DNA of 64,000 nt. Origin: Gemmatimonadales bacterium. Its GTDB lineage: Bacteria; Gemmatimonadota; Gemmatimonadetes; Gemmatimonadales; GWC2-71-9. The notes below the pieces were generated by a model, which saw only the letters and a list, made by a program, of their open reading frames with translations, ran no database searches and had not been told where the DNA came from. The DNA is taken from contig JBBCJC010000005.1 of assembly GCA_037189525.1 (NCBI GenBank), positions 1,024,001 to 1,088,000 on the forward strand, written 5' to 3'. The translations under genes and the position numbers were made by a program. The stretch's first letter is position 1; every line of letters starts with the position of its first letter. Positions 10,554-22,058 of the stretch are shown here, piece by piece.

Positions 10554-11748
10554 GCCTCCGGTCCCGGTCGTCCAGATTTTCGATACGACGTTGCGCGACG
10601 GCGAACAGGCCCCCGGATGCACGCTGCAGCCCGAATCCAAGATTGCTGTGGCACGTCAGCTCGCCCGCCTGGGCGTGGACATCATCGAAGCCGGCTTTCC
10701 CGCCGCCTCCGACGCGGAGTGGCGGGCCATCAAGACCATCGCCACCTCGTTCGGATCAAAAGGGCCAACCGTCTGCGGCATGGCCCGCGCCATCGAGTCC
10801 GACGTCGACCGGGCAGCGCAGGCATTGCGACCCGCCGCCCGACCCAGAATCCATACCTTCCTGGCAACCTCCGATATCCACCTCGAACACAAGCTCCGCA
10901 TGACCCGAGCGGCTGCCCTCGAACGGGTCGCCTCGATCGTGCGATATGCGCGGAACCAGGTTTCGGAAATCCAATTCTCACCCGAGGACGCGACCCGCTC
11001 CGACCGCGATTTCATGTTTGCGGTCCTCGACTGCGCCGTCGAGTCCGGCGCCACGATCCTCAATATCCCCGACACCGTCGGCTACGCAACGCCCGATGAA
11101 TACGGCAACCTGATCGACGCCGTCGTTTCCCGCTACGCCTCGGCAGGCGTCACCGTTTCGGTCCACTGCCACGACGACCTGGGTCTCGCCGTCGCCAATA
11201 CCATTGCGGGCATCGCCGCCGGTGCACGGCAAGCGGAATGCACCATCAACGGCATCGGAGAACGCGCCGGCAATGCGGCGCTCGAAGAAGTCGTGATGGC
11301 GCTGCGTACCCGGCAGGATCGCCTCAGGCTCGACACCAGGATCGAAGCACGGGAACTGGTTCGTGCCTCACGCCTGGTCGAGCGACGAACCCGGATTCAG
11401 GTCCCGCCCAATAAGGCGGTGGTCGGCCGGAACGCTTTTGCGCACCAGTCGGGAATCCATCAGGCGGGCGTGCTCCGCCATCGCGCCACCTATGAGATCA
11501 TGACCCGGGAAAGCGTCGGGTTCGACCGGGAATCCATCGTGCTCGGTAAGCATTCGGGCCGCCATGCCCTCCGCGCCCGGCTCGAGCGGCTGGGCGTGGT
11601 CCTCGACGACGAGACCCTCGATCAGGTTTTCCCGCGCTTCAAAGCGGTTGCCGATACCAAGCGTACCGTTTCGGATCGGGATCTACGCGACCTGCTCGCC
11701 GCCGCCAACCTCGAGTCCGCCGATGAGGTGGCCGCGCATGCCGGTTGA
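10543..11748 (+). CDS. leuA: 2-isopropylmalate synthase, short form (no C-terminal regulatory domain)
   Basis: [39 protein letters not shown]; ends at ~401 aa. Confidence 0.93.
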   Translation: MSAEPPVPVVQIFDTTLRDGEQAPGCTLQPESKIAVARQLARLGVDIIEAGFPAASDAEWRAIKTIATSFGSKGPTVCGMARAIESDVDRAAQALRPAARPRIHTFLATSDIHLEHKLRMTRAAALERVASIVRYARNQVSEIQFSPEDATRSDRDFMFAVLDCAVESGATILNIPDTVGYATPDEYGNLIDAVVSRYASAGVTVSVHCHDDLGLAVANTIAGIAAGARQAECTINGIGERAGNAALEEVVMALRTRQDRLRLDTRIEARELVRASRLVERRTRIQVPPNKAVVGRNAFAHQSGIHQAGVLRHRATYEIMTRESVGFDRESIVLGKHSGRHALRARLERLGVVLDDETLDQVFPRFKAVADTKRTVSDRDLRDLLAAANLESADEVAAHAG

Positions 11749-13192
11749 TCCGACACCGAACCATCCCCGCACCCTGGTCGAAAAGATCTGGGACCGGCAT
11801 ATCGTCGTGCCGGAACGGGATGATACGCCGGCCGTGCTATATGTGGATCTCCATCTGATCCATGAGGTCACGTCGCCACAGGCGTTTGCTGCGCTGGCTG
11901 CGCGCGGACTACGGGTGCGCAGCCCCGACCGGACCATCGCAACCGCCGACCATTCGATCCCGACGTTACCCGGAACCCACGCCGGCACGCTGCCGATCGC
12001 CGACTCGGCCGCCCGCGCCCAGGTCGATCGTCTCACCACCAACTGCCGCGAGTACGGTATCCGCCTCTACGGGCAGGGTCACGGTCAGCAGGGCATCGTC
12101 CATGTGATCGGCCCCGAGCAGGGCTTCACGCAGCCGGGCATGACCATCGTGTGCGGCGACAGCCATACCAGTACCCATGGAGCTCTGGGCGCGCTCGCGT
12201 TCGGCATCGGCACCTCCGAGGTGTCGCACGTGCTGGCCACCCAGTGCCTGTTGCAGCGCAAGCCGCGCTTCATGGAGGTGCGCATCGAAGGCGCCCTCCC
12301 GCCTGGCATCGCTGCAAAGGACGTGATCCTCGCCGTGATTGCCCAGGTCGGCGTGGCCGGCGGTGCCGGACATGTCTTCGAGTATCGCGGCCGAGCCGTC
12401 GAAGCTCTCACGGTCGACCAGCGACTCACCCTCTGCAACATGTCGATCGAAGCCGGCGCCCGCGCAGGTCTGGTCGCGCCGGACGACACGACGTTCGAGT
12501 ATCTGAGCGGACGCGCCGAAGCGCCCAAAGGCGCCGCATGGGATACTGCCCTGGCCCGATGGCGCACGCTTCCGAGCGATGATGGCGCGCGCTGGGATCG
12601 CTCCGTCACGATCGATGCCGCGCGTCTCGCCCCCATGATCACCTACGGGACCACACCGGCGATGGCCATGCCGATCGATTGGGCCATTCCCGAACCGGAC
12701 CAGCTGCCGAACCATGCGGACCGGCAGGCGGTGTCTCAGGCGCTCCGCTATATGGCGCTCCAGCCCGGCCGCCCGCTGATCGGCCATCCGGTCGACGTCG
12801 TGTTTGTGGGAAGCTGCACCAACTCGCGGATCGACGATCTGCGTGATGCGGCCCGCCTGGTGCGCGGACGATCGGTTGCAAACGGTGTGCGGATGCTGGT
12901 CGTGCCAGGTTCGCAGGAAGTGAAGCGCGCCGCCGAAGCGGAAGGCCTCCACCACACCTTCATCGGCGCGGGCGCCGAGTGGCGGGAACCCGGGTGCTCG
13001 ATGTGCATCGCGATGAACGGCGACATGCTCGAGCCTGGGCAATACGCCGTCAGCACCAGTAACCGGAACTTCGAAGGTCGCCAGGGACGCGGCAGCCGCA
13101 CCTTCCTCGCCAGCCCCGCCACCGCCGCGGCCGCAGCCGTGACCGGCCGGGTCACCGATCCGCGCACCTTGCTGGAAGGACGATTCTCATGA
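11738..13192 (+). CDS. leuC: 3-isopropylmalate dehydratase large subunit
   Basis: [46 protein letters not shown]. Confidence 0.97.
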   Translation: MPVDPTPNHPRTLVEKIWDRHIVVPERDDTPAVLYVDLHLIHEVTSPQAFAALAARGLRVRSPDRTIATADHSIPTLPGTHAGTLPIADSAARAQVDRLTTNCREYGIRLYGQGHGQQGIVHVIGPEQGFTQPGMTIVCGDSHTSTHGALGALAFGIGTSEVSHVLATQCLLQRKPRFMEVRIEGALPPGIAAKDVILAVIAQVGVAGGAGHVFEYRGRAVEALTVDQRLTLCNMSIEAGARAGLVAPDDTTFEYLSGRAEAPKGAAWDTALARWRTLPSDDGARWDRSVTIDAARLAPMITYGTTPAMAMPIDWAIPEPDQLPNHADRQAVSQALRYMALQPGRPLIGHPVDVVFVGSCTNSRIDDLRDAARLVRGRSVANGVRMLVVPGSQEVKRAAEAEGLHHTFIGAGAEWREPGCSMCIAMNGDMLEPGQYAVSTSNRNFEGRQGRGSRTFLASPATAAAAAVTGRVTDPRTLLEGRFS

Positions 13193-13776
13193 CGCGATGG
13201 ACGTCCCCCTGGACCGGTCGGGCCACGTTACTGGCCGCGGATGATGTCGACACGGACCAGATCATCCCCGCGCGCTTTCTCAAAGCCACCACGCGCGACG
13301 GGCTCGGTGCCCACCTGTTTGCCGACTGGCGCAATCAGGCCGACGGCACGCCGAAGTCCGACTTTCCGCTCAATCGCCCTGGCGCTGCCAGCCGGCCTAT
13401 CCTGGTCGCGGGGCGGAACTTCGGCTGCGGCTCGTCCCGCGAGCATGCTCCCTGGGCACTCACCGATTTCGGCATCAGCGCCATCGTAGCGAAATCGTTT
13501 GGCGACATCTTCCGCTCGAACGCGCTCAAGAACGGTCTGCTCCCGATTGCCATCGACGGTGACGACTGGGCCGCAATGGCCCAGACGCTGGAGCAGGCGC
13601 CCGAGACGGAGCTCACCGTCGATCTGCCAGCTCGGCAGCTTCGCATCGGCACCTGGTCTACCACCTTTCCCATCGACCCTTTTGCCCGTTTCTGCCTGAT
13701 CGAGGGCGTCGACGAACTCGGCTTCCTGCTGCAGCAGGAGGCGGCTATCCAGGCATTCGAGGAACAGCACGTATGA
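13189..13776 (+). CDS. leuD: 3-isopropylmalate dehydratase small subunit
   Basis: [34 protein letters not shown]. Confidence 0.97.
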   Translation: MTRWTSPWTGRATLLAADDVDTDQIIPARFLKATTRDGLGAHLFADWRNQADGTPKSDFPLNRPGAASRPILVAGRNFGCGSSREHAPWALTDFGISAIVAKSFGDIFRSNALKNGLLPIAIDGDDWAAMAQTLEQAPETELTVDLPARQLRIGTWSTTFPIDPFARFCLIEGVDELGFLLQQEAAIQAFEEQHV

Positions 13777-14879
13777 AGGCCACCATCGTGACCCTGCCGG
13801 GCGACGGCATCGGCCCGGACGTAACGGCGGAAGCAATCCGGATCCTCTCGACGGTTGCTGATCTGTTCGGGCACCAGTTCTCGTTCGAAAGCGCTCTGAT
13901 CGGCGGCGCCGCCATCGACACGACCGGCACCGCACTCCCGAGCGCCACACTCGACGCTTGCCGCGCATCAGACGCCGTCCTGCTCGGCGCGGTCGGCGGC
14001 CCGCAGTGGGATGCGCCCGATGCGGTCGTTCGACCCGAGCAGGGTCTGCTGGCCCTCCGGAAGGGGCTCTGCGTCTTTGCCAATCTGCGCCCGGTCCGCG
14101 TCGCCGATTGCCTCGCCGACCGATCGACGTTGCGTCCCGAGGTGGTCCGCGGCGTCGACCTCGTCGTGGTGCGCGAACTGACCGGCGGAATGTACTTCGG
14201 CGACAAATCGCGCGGCCCCGGTGAGGGCGGACAGGAGGCCATCGACGTCTGCCGCTACTCCACGGCCGAGATCGAACGTGTGGCGCGACGAGCCGGCCAG
14301 TTGGCGCGCAGCCGGCGGGGTCGGCTCGCCTCGGTCGACAAGGCCAACGTCCTCGAGACCTCCCGGCTCTGGCGTGAAACGGTGACGCGCGTCATGGCGG
14401 AGGAATTTCCCGACCTGATCGTCGAGCACGTCCTGGTGGACGCCTGCGCCATGCATCTGATCCGGAACCCCGGAGGGTTCGATGTCATCCTCACGGAAAA
14501 TCTGTTCGGCGACATCCTGACCGACGAGGCCGCGATGCTGGCCGGGTCGATCGGCCTGCTCCCGTCGGCATCGCTTGGTGCGCCCGGGTCGCCCGGGCTG
14601 TTCGAACCGATCCACGGGTCCGCGCCGACCCTTGCCGGCCGCGATCTCGCCAATCCGTACGGCGCCATCCTCTCCGCCGCCATGCTGCTCCGGCACGGCC
14701 TCGCCCTCGACGCCGAGGCAGACGCCGTCGAACGCGCCGTCGAACAGGCCTGGGTCACCGGCTTCATACCGGCCGACCTGACGGATTCGTCGACCGCCCC
14801 ATATGGAACCCGAGCCATCGGCAGCGCGGTTGCTGCGCTCCTGTCGGAGGCCGCCACCCCCGCCACGACCGCCAGGTGA
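13773..14879 (+). CDS. leuB: 3-isopropylmalate dehydrogenase
   Basis: [43 protein letters not shown]. Confidence 0.97.
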   Translation: MKATIVTLPGDGIGPDVTAEAIRILSTVADLFGHQFSFESALIGGAAIDTTGTALPSATLDACRASDAVLLGAVGGPQWDAPDAVVRPEQGLLALRKGLCVFANLRPVRVADCLADRSTLRPEVVRGVDLVVVRELTGGMYFGDKSRGPGEGGQEAIDVCRYSTAEIERVARRAGQLARSRRGRLASVDKANVLETSRLWRETVTRVMAEEFPDLIVEHVLVDACAMHLIRNPGGFDVILTENLFGDILTDEAAMLAGSIGLLPSASLGAPGSPGLFEPIHGSAPTLAGRDLANPYGAILSAAMLLRHGLALDAEADAVERAVEQAWVTGFIPADLTDSSTAPYGTRAIGSAVAALLSEAATPATTAR

Positions 14880-15421
14880 GTGAGGACAGTTTGTTACAGC
14901 GTTTGCAGGACTCCGACCGGACCGCATTCGACGAGATCGTCCGCTCCCATGATGCTCGGCTCCGAGCCGTTGCGCATCGCGTCGTCGGATGCCCCGACAC
15001 CGCGGCGGAGGTGGTTCAGGACGTGTTCTTTCGCCTCTGGCGCGACCGCAGCACCATCGAGATTCGCGATCACCTGGGTGGCTATCTCGCACGCGCCGTG
15101 CGGAATCGCGCCCTCGACCGTCAGAAGCGCCTGCGACTCGAGTATCGCTGGCTCGAACGGGAAGTGATGGAAACCGAACAGGCCGAGATCGAACGGATCG
15201 CCGGCAGCCTGACCGACTCGGCAGGCCACGATCGTAGCAGTCAGTTGATGCAGGCGCTGGACCAGCTGCCGGAACGTCGCAGGGAGATCATGCTGCTCCG
15301 GTGGCGGGAGGGCCTCAGCTACAACGAGATCGCCTCTCGACTCGGGCTCTCCGTCAAAACGGTGGAGAACCAGATCAGTCGCGGACTCAAAACGCTCCGT
15401 GCGCTTCTGATGCCCGACTGA
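14876..15421 (+). CDS. ECF sigma-70 factor, translationally coupled to leuB, no adjacent anti-sigma
   Basis: Region 2 [13 protein letters not shown]...[12 protein letters not shown]; region 4 [29 protein letters not shown] overlap with the leuB stop. Confidence 0.92.
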   Translation: MSEDSLLQRLQDSDRTAFDEIVRSHDARLRAVAHRVVGCPDTAAEVVQDVFFRLWRDRSTIEIRDHLGGYLARAVRNRALDRQKRLRLEYRWLEREVMETEQAEIERIAGSLTDSAGHDRSSQLMQALDQLPERRREIMLLRWREGLSYNEIASRLGLSVKTVENQISRGLKTLRALLMPD

Positions 15422-15509
15422 AGCTGCTGCCGTTTGCGGCCTGGTCGGATCGCTGGGGCCGGAGGCGCGTCTGTATCTCCCCACGGAAGGGCCAGAGGCA
15501 TCACGCCTG

Positions 15510-16991
15510 CTACGGTAGCGCAAGAACGACCGCCAGCCGATGACTGGTGACGCGCAGTCCGTCCATGGCAAGCTTGGTGGACGGCGCCGCAATAACACCA
15601 GGGGGATCCAAGACCGTGACATCATCGCCGCCATCGATCAGGCCGAAGTCGAACAGGTTGCCCAGCCGAGTTGCCGTGACGCGCCCGCGATAGTGAAGGT
15701 CGACCCGCCCCAGCCGAAGGGTGACCCCCCAGGAGGGCGTCCACTCGACCCATCGCTCCTGCTGCGACCGATCCACGCCGGACAGATAGTTTCGCTGCTC
15801 CAGATCGTAGTTCACCGAGTACGCCGAAAGACCGAAACGGACCGTTGCGAGGCTACCGTCCGTACCGAGCGGAATTCGGTGAGCTGAGCCAGCCCGAATC
15901 ACGACATTGTGGAACCGGAAACGATTGTCGACGGTTCTCCCGCCGGCCGGAATGACCCTACCCCCTGCCGATGGCACGTCTGTCTCCGCTTCGCCCCAGG
16001 TATGACTGCGAACCGGCTCGAAGACGAACTCGATCCCGGCATCCGACCGCGGCCCATTGTTCCAGAGTCCGAGGCCGAGATTGAAGGCGCTCGTATTCCC
16101 CGGATCTCGTGGGATGTTCTGGAGGACATAGTTGGGAATCTTCGGGTGCCACATCAAGTTCGATGTCGCAATCGCACCGATATGCCAGCGCGTGTCCGGC
16201 AGCGGCTGGCGATACCGCAGGTGCGCACCCCAGACCTCGGTCTGATCGTCGTTCGTCTCCAATCGTGGGACCAGGGCGCCGGCGCGGACTTCCGGGAACA
16301 CCACATCGTGCGACGCCTTGAAACGATTGTGGAGGACCACGGCATCCAGGGTCCGTCCGCCCCACCATTTGGTCATTCCGAGGCGGGCATCGAGCTGGTC
16401 ACCGCGATGCTCGATCCGGTAGCTACCTGCGTACAACAGGTCCACGCCATGAACCCACTGCAGGTCGCTCGCCTGCAAGCGGAAACCGACGGCCAGTTCC
16501 TGCTCTACGAACTGACGGCCAACCGAGGCAGTGAGATATTTGTTACGTCGAGATGGATGGGACGCCGAGAGGAGAAAGCCCCGGTCCAGACAACCCTGAC
16601 AGGCCACTGGCAAGGAGCCACCGACCCACTCGGCATCGACATCCTGCACGGCAACCCCGACGGCGGCAAACCAGGCCCCAAACGAGAACAACCCGCCAAT
16701 CGGGAGCGACGACCCCTGACCCGTGGAACCAAGCACCCGATCGAAGCCGGGAGACAGAAATACCTGCTTGCCCCGGATCATGGCGCCGCGAGCCGGGTTG
16801 ACGAAGGGATCGCGCAGCGAGTCGTCGACGGCGATCGCGAGATCGCCCATCGCCGCATTGAACGACGGGAACAAATCGAACTGATGATGCCTCGGCACCG
16901 GCACTGACCGGACCGAGATCAATTGAGCATGGGCCGGCCCCCCCGGTATCCCGAGCAGCACGACAAGCAGAGCAAGCAGGCGAAGCGCCAT
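15510..16991 (-). CDS. Hypothetical exported, probable outer-membrane beta-barrel protein
   Basis: Signal peptide ending AHA-Q; FVNPARGA motif and alternating aromatic beta-strands. Confidence 0.65.
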   Translation of the reverse strand: MALRLLALLVVLLGIPGGPAHAQLISVRSVPVPRHHQFDLFPSFNAAMGDLAIAVDDSLRDPFVNPARGAMIRGKQVFLSPGFDRVLGSTGQGSSLPIGGLFSFGAWFAAVGVAVQDVDAEWVGGSLPVACQGCLDRGFLLSASHPSRRNKYLTASVGRQFVEQELAVGFRLQASDLQWVHGVDLLYAGSYRIEHRGDQLDARLGMTKWWGGRTLDAVVLHNRFKASHDVVFPEVRAGALVPRLETNDDQTEVWGAHLRYRQPLPDTRWHIGAIATSNLMWHPKIPNYVLQNIPRDPGNTSAFNLGLGLWNNGPRSDAGIEFVFEPVRSHTWGEAETDVPSAGGRVIPAGGRTVDNRFRFHNVVIRAGSAHRIPLGTDGSLATVRFGLSAYSVNYDLEQRNYLSGVDRSQQERWVEWTPSWGVTLRLGRVDLHYRGRVTATRLGNLFDFGLIDGGDDVTVLDPPGVIAAPSTKLAMDGLRVTSHRLAVVLALP

Positions 16992-17070
16992 GGAGTTCCC
17001 CCCATTGGATCTCCGCCAAGCTAGCTCTTTCGTCACCGCGCCACAGTGACGGCCCTCACACTCACCGCCA

Positions 17071-18120
17071 TCAGGCCACGGCGCCCACTGGTCTGCTGGC
17101 GGCATTGGCGGTCAGGAACCGCATCATCTGCCGGAGCCGTGCCCCCACGACCTCGATCTGATGTTCACCCTGACGCCGTCGTTCGGCCAACAGCCGAGTC
17201 CGACCGGACCGATGCTCCGCGAGCCACTCCCGGCTGAACTGCCCGCTGCGCACTTCGGCCAGAATCGCGCGCATCGTGTCGCGGGTCCGCTCGTCGACCA
17301 CCCGTGGGCCAGCCACGTAGTCGCCATACTCCGCGGTGTCGGAGACGGAGTACCGCATCAGACCCAGCCCGCCCCGGTACATCAGGTCGACGATCAACTT
17401 GAGTTCGTGCAGACACTCGAAGTACGCAACCTCCGGCTGGTAGCCCGCTTCCACCAGGGTGTCGAATCCCGCCTGCACCAGCGCCGTTACACCGCCGCAG
17501 AGTACGGCCTGCTCACCAAAAAGGTCCGTCTCCGCTTCCTCGGCAAAGGTCGTGAGCAGGACACCCGCGCGGGTGCATCCGATCGCCTTGGCATACGCCA
17601 GTGCATCGGCCAGCGCGCTCCCAGACGCATCCGCTTCCACCGCGACCAGCGCCGGGACGCCTTCCTCGCTCACAAACAGCTCGCGCAGACGGTGACCGGG
17701 ACACTTCGGCGCCACCAGACTGACATCGACGCCTTTCGGAGCCTGGATCTCGCCGAACCGCACGCTGAACCCGTGCGCAAACATCAGGGTTTGTCCGGGC
17801 CGTAGGTGGGGCTCGATTTCGCGCTCGTAGAGGGCGCGCTGATCCGGATCGGGCACCAGCACCATGATGATCGACGCCGATCGGGTCGCGTCCGCGGTGG
17901 TCGCCACCTCGAGCCCGGCCGATCGCGCCAGATCCCAGCGCGGCGATCCGGGGCGCAAACCGACGACGACCTCGACGCCGCTGTCCGCCAGGTTCTGGGC
18001 ATGCGCGTGCCCCTGGCTCCCGAACCCGATCACCGCCACCCGCCGGCCGCGCAGACGGGACAGGTCGGCATCCTGATCGTAAAACAGCGTCGGCCCGGTG
18101 ACTTCAGGCGGCTTCGTCAT
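17071..18120 (-). CDS. ilvC: Ketol-acid reductoisomerase
   Basis: [43 protein letters not shown]. Confidence 0.97.
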   Translation of the reverse strand: MTKPPEVTGPTLFYDQDADLSRLRGRRVAVIGFGSQGHAHAQNLADSGVEVVVGLRPGSPRWDLARSAGLEVATTADATRSASIIMVLVPDPDQRALYEREIEPHLRPGQTLMFAHGFSVRFGEIQAPKGVDVSLVAPKCPGHRLRELFVSEEGVPALVAVEADASGSALADALAYAKAIGCTRAGVLLTTFAEEAETDLFGEQAVLCGGVTALVQAGFDTLVEAGYQPEVAYFECLHELKLIVDLMYRGGLGLMRYSVSDTAEYGDYVAGPRVVDERTRDTMRAILAEVRSGQFSREWLAEHRSGRTRLLAERRRQGEHQIEVVGARLRQMMRFLTANAASRPVGAVA

Positions 18121-18370
18121 GAAGGATCTCCTCGATATCCGTTTGAGAAAGAACGTCGATCAGCCGGGCCAACTGGCGCCGGACCTGATCATGATTGGCA
18201 CTCGTGATCGTCAGCATGAGACGACTGCGCTCGATTCGCTCCGCCGGGTGCACCGCAAATCCTTCGACGTTCACCCGGCGGCGCCGCAACAGACCGATGA
18301 CCCGCTCCAGACCGAGCAAGCCGCCACCCACGCTGACCAGATAGGTTCGTTTGGATAGAGTTTTCATCAC
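18104..18370 (-). CDS. ilvN: Acetolactate synthase small (ACT-only) subunit
   Basis: [17 protein letters not shown]...[10 protein letters not shown]; lies between ilvB and ilvC. Confidence 0.75.
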   Translation of the reverse strand: MMKTLSKRTYLVSVGGGLLGLERVIGLLRRRRVNVEGFAVHPAERIERSRLMLTITSANHDQVRRQLARLIDVLSQTDIEEILHDEAA

Positions 18371-20088
18371 ACCACCTCCACGGCAGGCCCGATCATGGCA
18401 TCGATGGCTGCGCCAGGAGGCACCATCGGAAAGACGTTGGCTTCCCGCTCGACCCGGAAGTCGATCAGCACCGACCCACGGACCCCGCTCACATGATCGA
18501 GGACCGAAGCCAATTCCTCGGTATGCTCGACAGCCACGGCCTCGAGGCCATACGAACGGGCCAGAGCGGGAAAATCAGGACCGGACAGCGGCGTCCCGGA
18601 GTAGCGCCGGTCATGGAAGAGCTGCTGCCACTGCCGCACCATGCCCAGGTACCCATTATTGATGACGGCAATGCGGAGGTTGCAAACGCCCTCCTGAACC
18701 ACGGTCGCGAGCTCCTGATTGGTCATCTGAAATCCTCCGTCGCCGACGATGGCCCAGACCGTGGCATCCGGACGCGCGATTGCCGCGCCCAGCGCTGCCG
18801 GCACCGCAAACCCCATCGTACCCGCGCCTCCACTGGTCAGTTGCGTACCTGGCGTGTGCCATGAGAGCCACTGCGCCGCCCACATCTGATGCTGGCCGAC
18901 ATCGGAGACGACTAGCACCGGCTCACCTCCCTGCCACGCAGCATCCAGTGCCCGATAGACCTCCCGAGGGGGCAACGTCCCGCCAGGTCCGGCGTTCTCT
19001 TCCGAACGCCCGCGAGCAACTGCCGTCCCCTCGATTTCCTGCAACCAATCCGAATCACGCCGAACTGGAGCCTGCTCGAGCATCGATTCGAGCACGCTGC
19101 GCGCGTCGCCCACCAGCTCGATTGCGGTTGGGATCGTCTTCCCGATCTGCGAGGGCTCGATATCGAGGTGGATGACAGTTGCGCGCGGAGCAAAGCGCGC
19201 GGCGGGGCCGGTTACCCGATCGTCGAAGCGTGCGCCGATCGAAAAGAGCACGTCGCACGTTTGCAGCGCACGGTTGACCGCAACCGAGCCGTGCATCCCC
19301 GCCAGGCCAATCGAGAGACGATGCTCCTGCGGAATCGCCCCGAGACCGAGCAGCGTCGTGGCCACCGGCAGATCCATCCGCTCCGCGAGCGCGACGACCT
19401 GCCGTGCCGCACCGGACTGAATCACCCCGTGCCCTGCAAGCACGACCGGTCGTTTACCCTGGGCCAACAGCGCAAGCGCTTCCTGGAGGAAGCGTGCGCC
19501 GGGAACCGGCGACCGGCTCCGCTCGACCGCAGCTCGGGATATCAGACGGTCGGTGGACGGACGAGATTGCGCCCGGCCCTGCTGCGCATCTTTCGTGATA
19601 TCGAGCAGCACAGGCCCCGGCCGGCCCTCGGTGGCAATTCGAATCGCCTCCGACACGGCATCCTCGATTTCATCGGCTGCGCACACCAACCGGCTGTGCT
19701 TGACGATCGGCAGGGTGATCCCGATGATGTCGATTTCCTGGAACGCATCCGTACCAAGCAGATGGCTCGGCACCTGACCGGTGATTGCCAGGAGCGGGGT
19801 CCCATCCATCCAGGCGTCGGCAATCGGTGTCACCAGGTTGGTTGCCCCGGGCCCGCTGGTCGCAATGCAGACCCCGATCCGCCCGCTGGCCCGCGCATAT
19901 CCCTGCGCCGCATGACCGGCCCCCTGCTCGTGCCGGCACAATACGTGGCGAAGACCGGCATCCGGCGCACCCAGCGCGTGGTAGAACGGCATGATGGCGC
20001 CGCCCGGGATACCGAAGACCACCTCGACCCCATGCCTGCGTAGCGCTCGGCACAGCAACTCGGCGCCGGTCAGCGTGTCGCCAGCCAT
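18367..20088 (-). CDS. ilvB: Acetolactate synthase large subunit
   Basis: [29 protein letters not shown]...[12 protein letters not shown]. Confidence 0.96.
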   Translation of the reverse strand: MAGDTLTGAELLCRALRRHGVEVVFGIPGGAIMPFYHALGAPDAGLRHVLCRHEQGAGHAAQGYARASGRIGVCIATSGPGATNLVTPIADAWMDGTPLLAITGQVPSHLLGTDAFQEIDIIGITLPIVKHSRLVCAADEIEDAVSEAIRIATEGRPGPVLLDITKDAQQGRAQSRPSTDRLISRAAVERSRSPVPGARFLQEALALLAQGKRPVVLAGHGVIQSGAARQVVALAERMDLPVATTLLGLGAIPQEHRLSIGLAGMHGSVAVNRALQTCDVLFSIGARFDDRVTGPAARFAPRATVIHLDIEPSQIGKTIPTAIELVGDARSVLESMLEQAPVRRDSDWLQEIEGTAVARGRSEENAGPGGTLPPREVYRALDAAWQGGEPVLVVSDVGQHQMWAAQWLSWHTPGTQLTSGGAGTMGFAVPAALGAAIARPDATVWAIVGDGGFQMTNQELATVVQEGVCNLRIAVINNGYLGMVRQWQQLFHDRRYSGTPLSGPDFPALARSYGLEAVAVEHTEELASVLDHVSGVRGSVLIDFRVEREANVFPMVPPGAAIDAMIGPAVEVV

Positions 20089-21797
20089 GCATCCTCCGAA
20101 GGCTGCGGTGCAGGTACAGCGCCAAGCACCGCACCGTCGCTCGCGCTGCCGACCAGGGCCGCGTAGCGCGCCAGCCATCCTCGCCGCGGCATGGGACGGT
20201 CGGAACGGGCCGCCGGGCGCGCAGCAAGCAAAGCTTCACCCCCATCGATATCGATGCGGTGAGACGAGAGATCAATCCGGACCACGTCGCCATCCACCAG
20301 ACGACCGATCGGACCGCCGACCGCCGCCTCCGGACTGATGTGACCGACACAAAACCCACGTGTGCCACCCGAGAACCGGCCATCGGTGATCAACGCGACC
20401 GACGTCGACAGCGGCGACCCCTTGAGGAAGCTGGTCAGCGCAAGCATCTCCCGCATGCCGGGCCCGCCGCGCGGACCTTCGAATCGCACCACTACGACGT
20501 CGCCGGGCTGGATGACACCCGATCGCGCAGCCTCCAGCGCATCTTCTTCGCTCTCGAACACGCGGGCCGGCCCCGCAAACCCTTTGCACCCGGGTTCCAG
20601 CGCACCGGTCTTGATCACCGCGCCATCCGGTGCGAGGTCCCCAAACAGGATCTCCAGCCCACCCGTTCTGGAATGCGGCTCGTCGATCGTACGAACGGCT
20701 CCGTTGCCAGGGCGATCGACCGACTCGAACCGGCTTCGAAGTGGTTCGCCGCTGATGGTCATGGTATCCGGCTCGACCAAACCGGGCTCACGCGACAGTT
20801 CGGCCAGCACGGCGCTGACGCCGCCGGCCAGATGGAGATCCTCGATATGCCACTGCCGATTGCCATCCCAGGCAGGCGCAAGCTTGGCAAGGTGTGGCGT
20901 CCGTCGCGCCACCTGATCGAAGCGGGCCATCGGATACGGGATCTCGGCCTCGCGCGCCAGAGCGAGCAGGTGGAGCACCGTGTTCGAGGACCCGCCAAGC
21001 GCCGCATCCAGCGCCACCGCGTTATCGAGCGACGCCGCCGTCACCACGTCGCGAAAGCGTCGCCCCTCCCGCACTGCCGCGAGCAACGCCTCCGCCGAGC
21101 GGCTCAACAATCCTCGACGCTCATCCGAGATCGCCAGCGCGGTACCGCTGCCGGGCAACCCGAGGCCGAGCGCTTCGACGATGCAGTTCATCGAGTTGGC
21201 GGTGAACATGCCGCTGCAACTGCCACAGGTCGGACAAGCGGAGCGTTCGAGGTCCAGCAGGTCCGCATCATCGATCCGTCCCGCGGCATGCGCGCCAACT
21301 CCTTCGAACACCGAGACTAAGTCGATCGCCTGGCCAGTCCGGCTTCGTCCGGCTTTCATCGGACCACCCGAGACGAACACAGTGGGCAGATCGACGCGCG
21401 CCGCCCCCATCAGCATCCCGGGGACGATCTTGTCACAGTTGGGCAGGCAGATGAGTCCATCGAAACAATGCGCGGCAACCATGGTCTCGACGGCGTCTGC
21501 AATCAGTTCACGCGAAGGCAGCGAATACCGCATACCCTCGTGGCCCATCACGATCCCGTCGTCGACACCGATGGTATTGAACTCGAACGGAATCCCGCCG
21601 GCGGCACGGATCGCCTCTTTGACCAGGCGGCCGAATTCCTGGAGATGGGTGTGCCCCGGGACGATCTCGACGTAGGAATTACAGACGGCAATGAAGGGCC
21701 GCTCGAAATCGGCCTCGCTCTGGATCGCGCCCGTGGCGCGCAGCAGACTGCGATGGGGCGCGCGCGAAGCCCCACGCTTGATACGGTCCGACAACAT
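20070..21797 (-). CDS. ilvD: Dihydroxy-acid dehydratase
   Basis: [35 protein letters not shown]. Confidence 0.97.
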   Translation of the reverse strand: MLSDRIKRGASRAPHRSLLRATGAIQSEADFERPFIAVCNSYVEIVPGHTHLQEFGRLVKEAIRAAGGIPFEFNTIGVDDGIVMGHEGMRYSLPSRELIADAVETMVAAHCFDGLICLPNCDKIVPGMLMGAARVDLPTVFVSGGPMKAGRSRTGQAIDLVSVFEGVGAHAAGRIDDADLLDLERSACPTCGSCSGMFTANSMNCIVEALGLGLPGSGTALAISDERRGLLSRSAEALLAAVREGRRFRDVVTAASLDNAVALDAALGGSSNTVLHLLALAREAEIPYPMARFDQVARRTPHLAKLAPAWDGNRQWHIEDLHLAGGVSAVLAELSREPGLVEPDTMTISGEPLRSRFESVDRPGNGAVRTIDEPHSRTGGLEILFGDLAPDGAVIKTGALEPGCKGFAGPARVFESEEDALEAARSGVIQPGDVVVVRFEGPRGGPGMREMLALTSFLKGSPLSTSVALITDGRFSGGTRGFCVGHISPEAAVGGPIGRLVDGDVVRIDLSSHRIDIDGGEALLAARPAARSDRPMPRRGWLARYAALVGSASDGAVLGAVPAPQPSEDAWLATR

Positions 21798-21835
21798 GAC
21801 TGAGCCTCGGAGAGCCGGAGCTCCCGGAAACGCGA

Positions 21836-21902
21836 ACGGCCCCTCCGATATCTCCGAGAGGGGCCGTGTCGACTGCTCACCCCTCCCGAAACCGGGGAGG
21901 GG
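21836..21902 (-). terminator. ilv attenuator hairpins
   Basis: Minus strand CCCCTCCC/GGGAGGGG hairpin (21880-21902), then ACGGCCCCTC...GAGGGGCCGT stem (21836-21867) with a weak U tail. Confidence 0.65.
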
Positions 21903-21916
21903 ACTGGCTCGCTACG

Positions 21917-22015
21917 TTAGCACAAGCTCGTCTCCGCTCCCCATTGGCCAATGCCAACGACGAGTCCGACGACGAGAATGATGACGGCACCAAGCCGGGC
22001 GCGAATGACGTTCAT
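21917..22015 (-). CDS. Ile/Val/Leu-rich attenuator leader peptide of the ilv operon
   Basis: MNVIRARLGAVIILVVGLVVGIGQWGAETSLC* (32 aa); ATG lies 6 nt after the CGTCTA element. Confidence 0.8.
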   Translation of the reverse strand: MNVIRARLGAVIILVVGLVVGIGQWGAETSLC

Positions 22016-22021
22016 GTCCAA

Positions 22022-22050
22022 TAGACGATCGAACCGGGCCGCAACCCCCA
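22022..22050 (-). promoter_or_regulatory. ECF-type promoter of the ilv operon (copy 2)
   Basis: TGGGGGTTGCGGCCCGGTTCGATCGTCTA, same 15-nt spacer as copy 1. Confidence 0.7.
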
Positions 22051-22058
22051 TCCGATCA

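Noticed and set aside
15450..15475. Third copy of the ECF promoter (GGGG...CGTCTG) after the sigma gene
   Set aside because: Spacer far too short and no downstream gene on that strand
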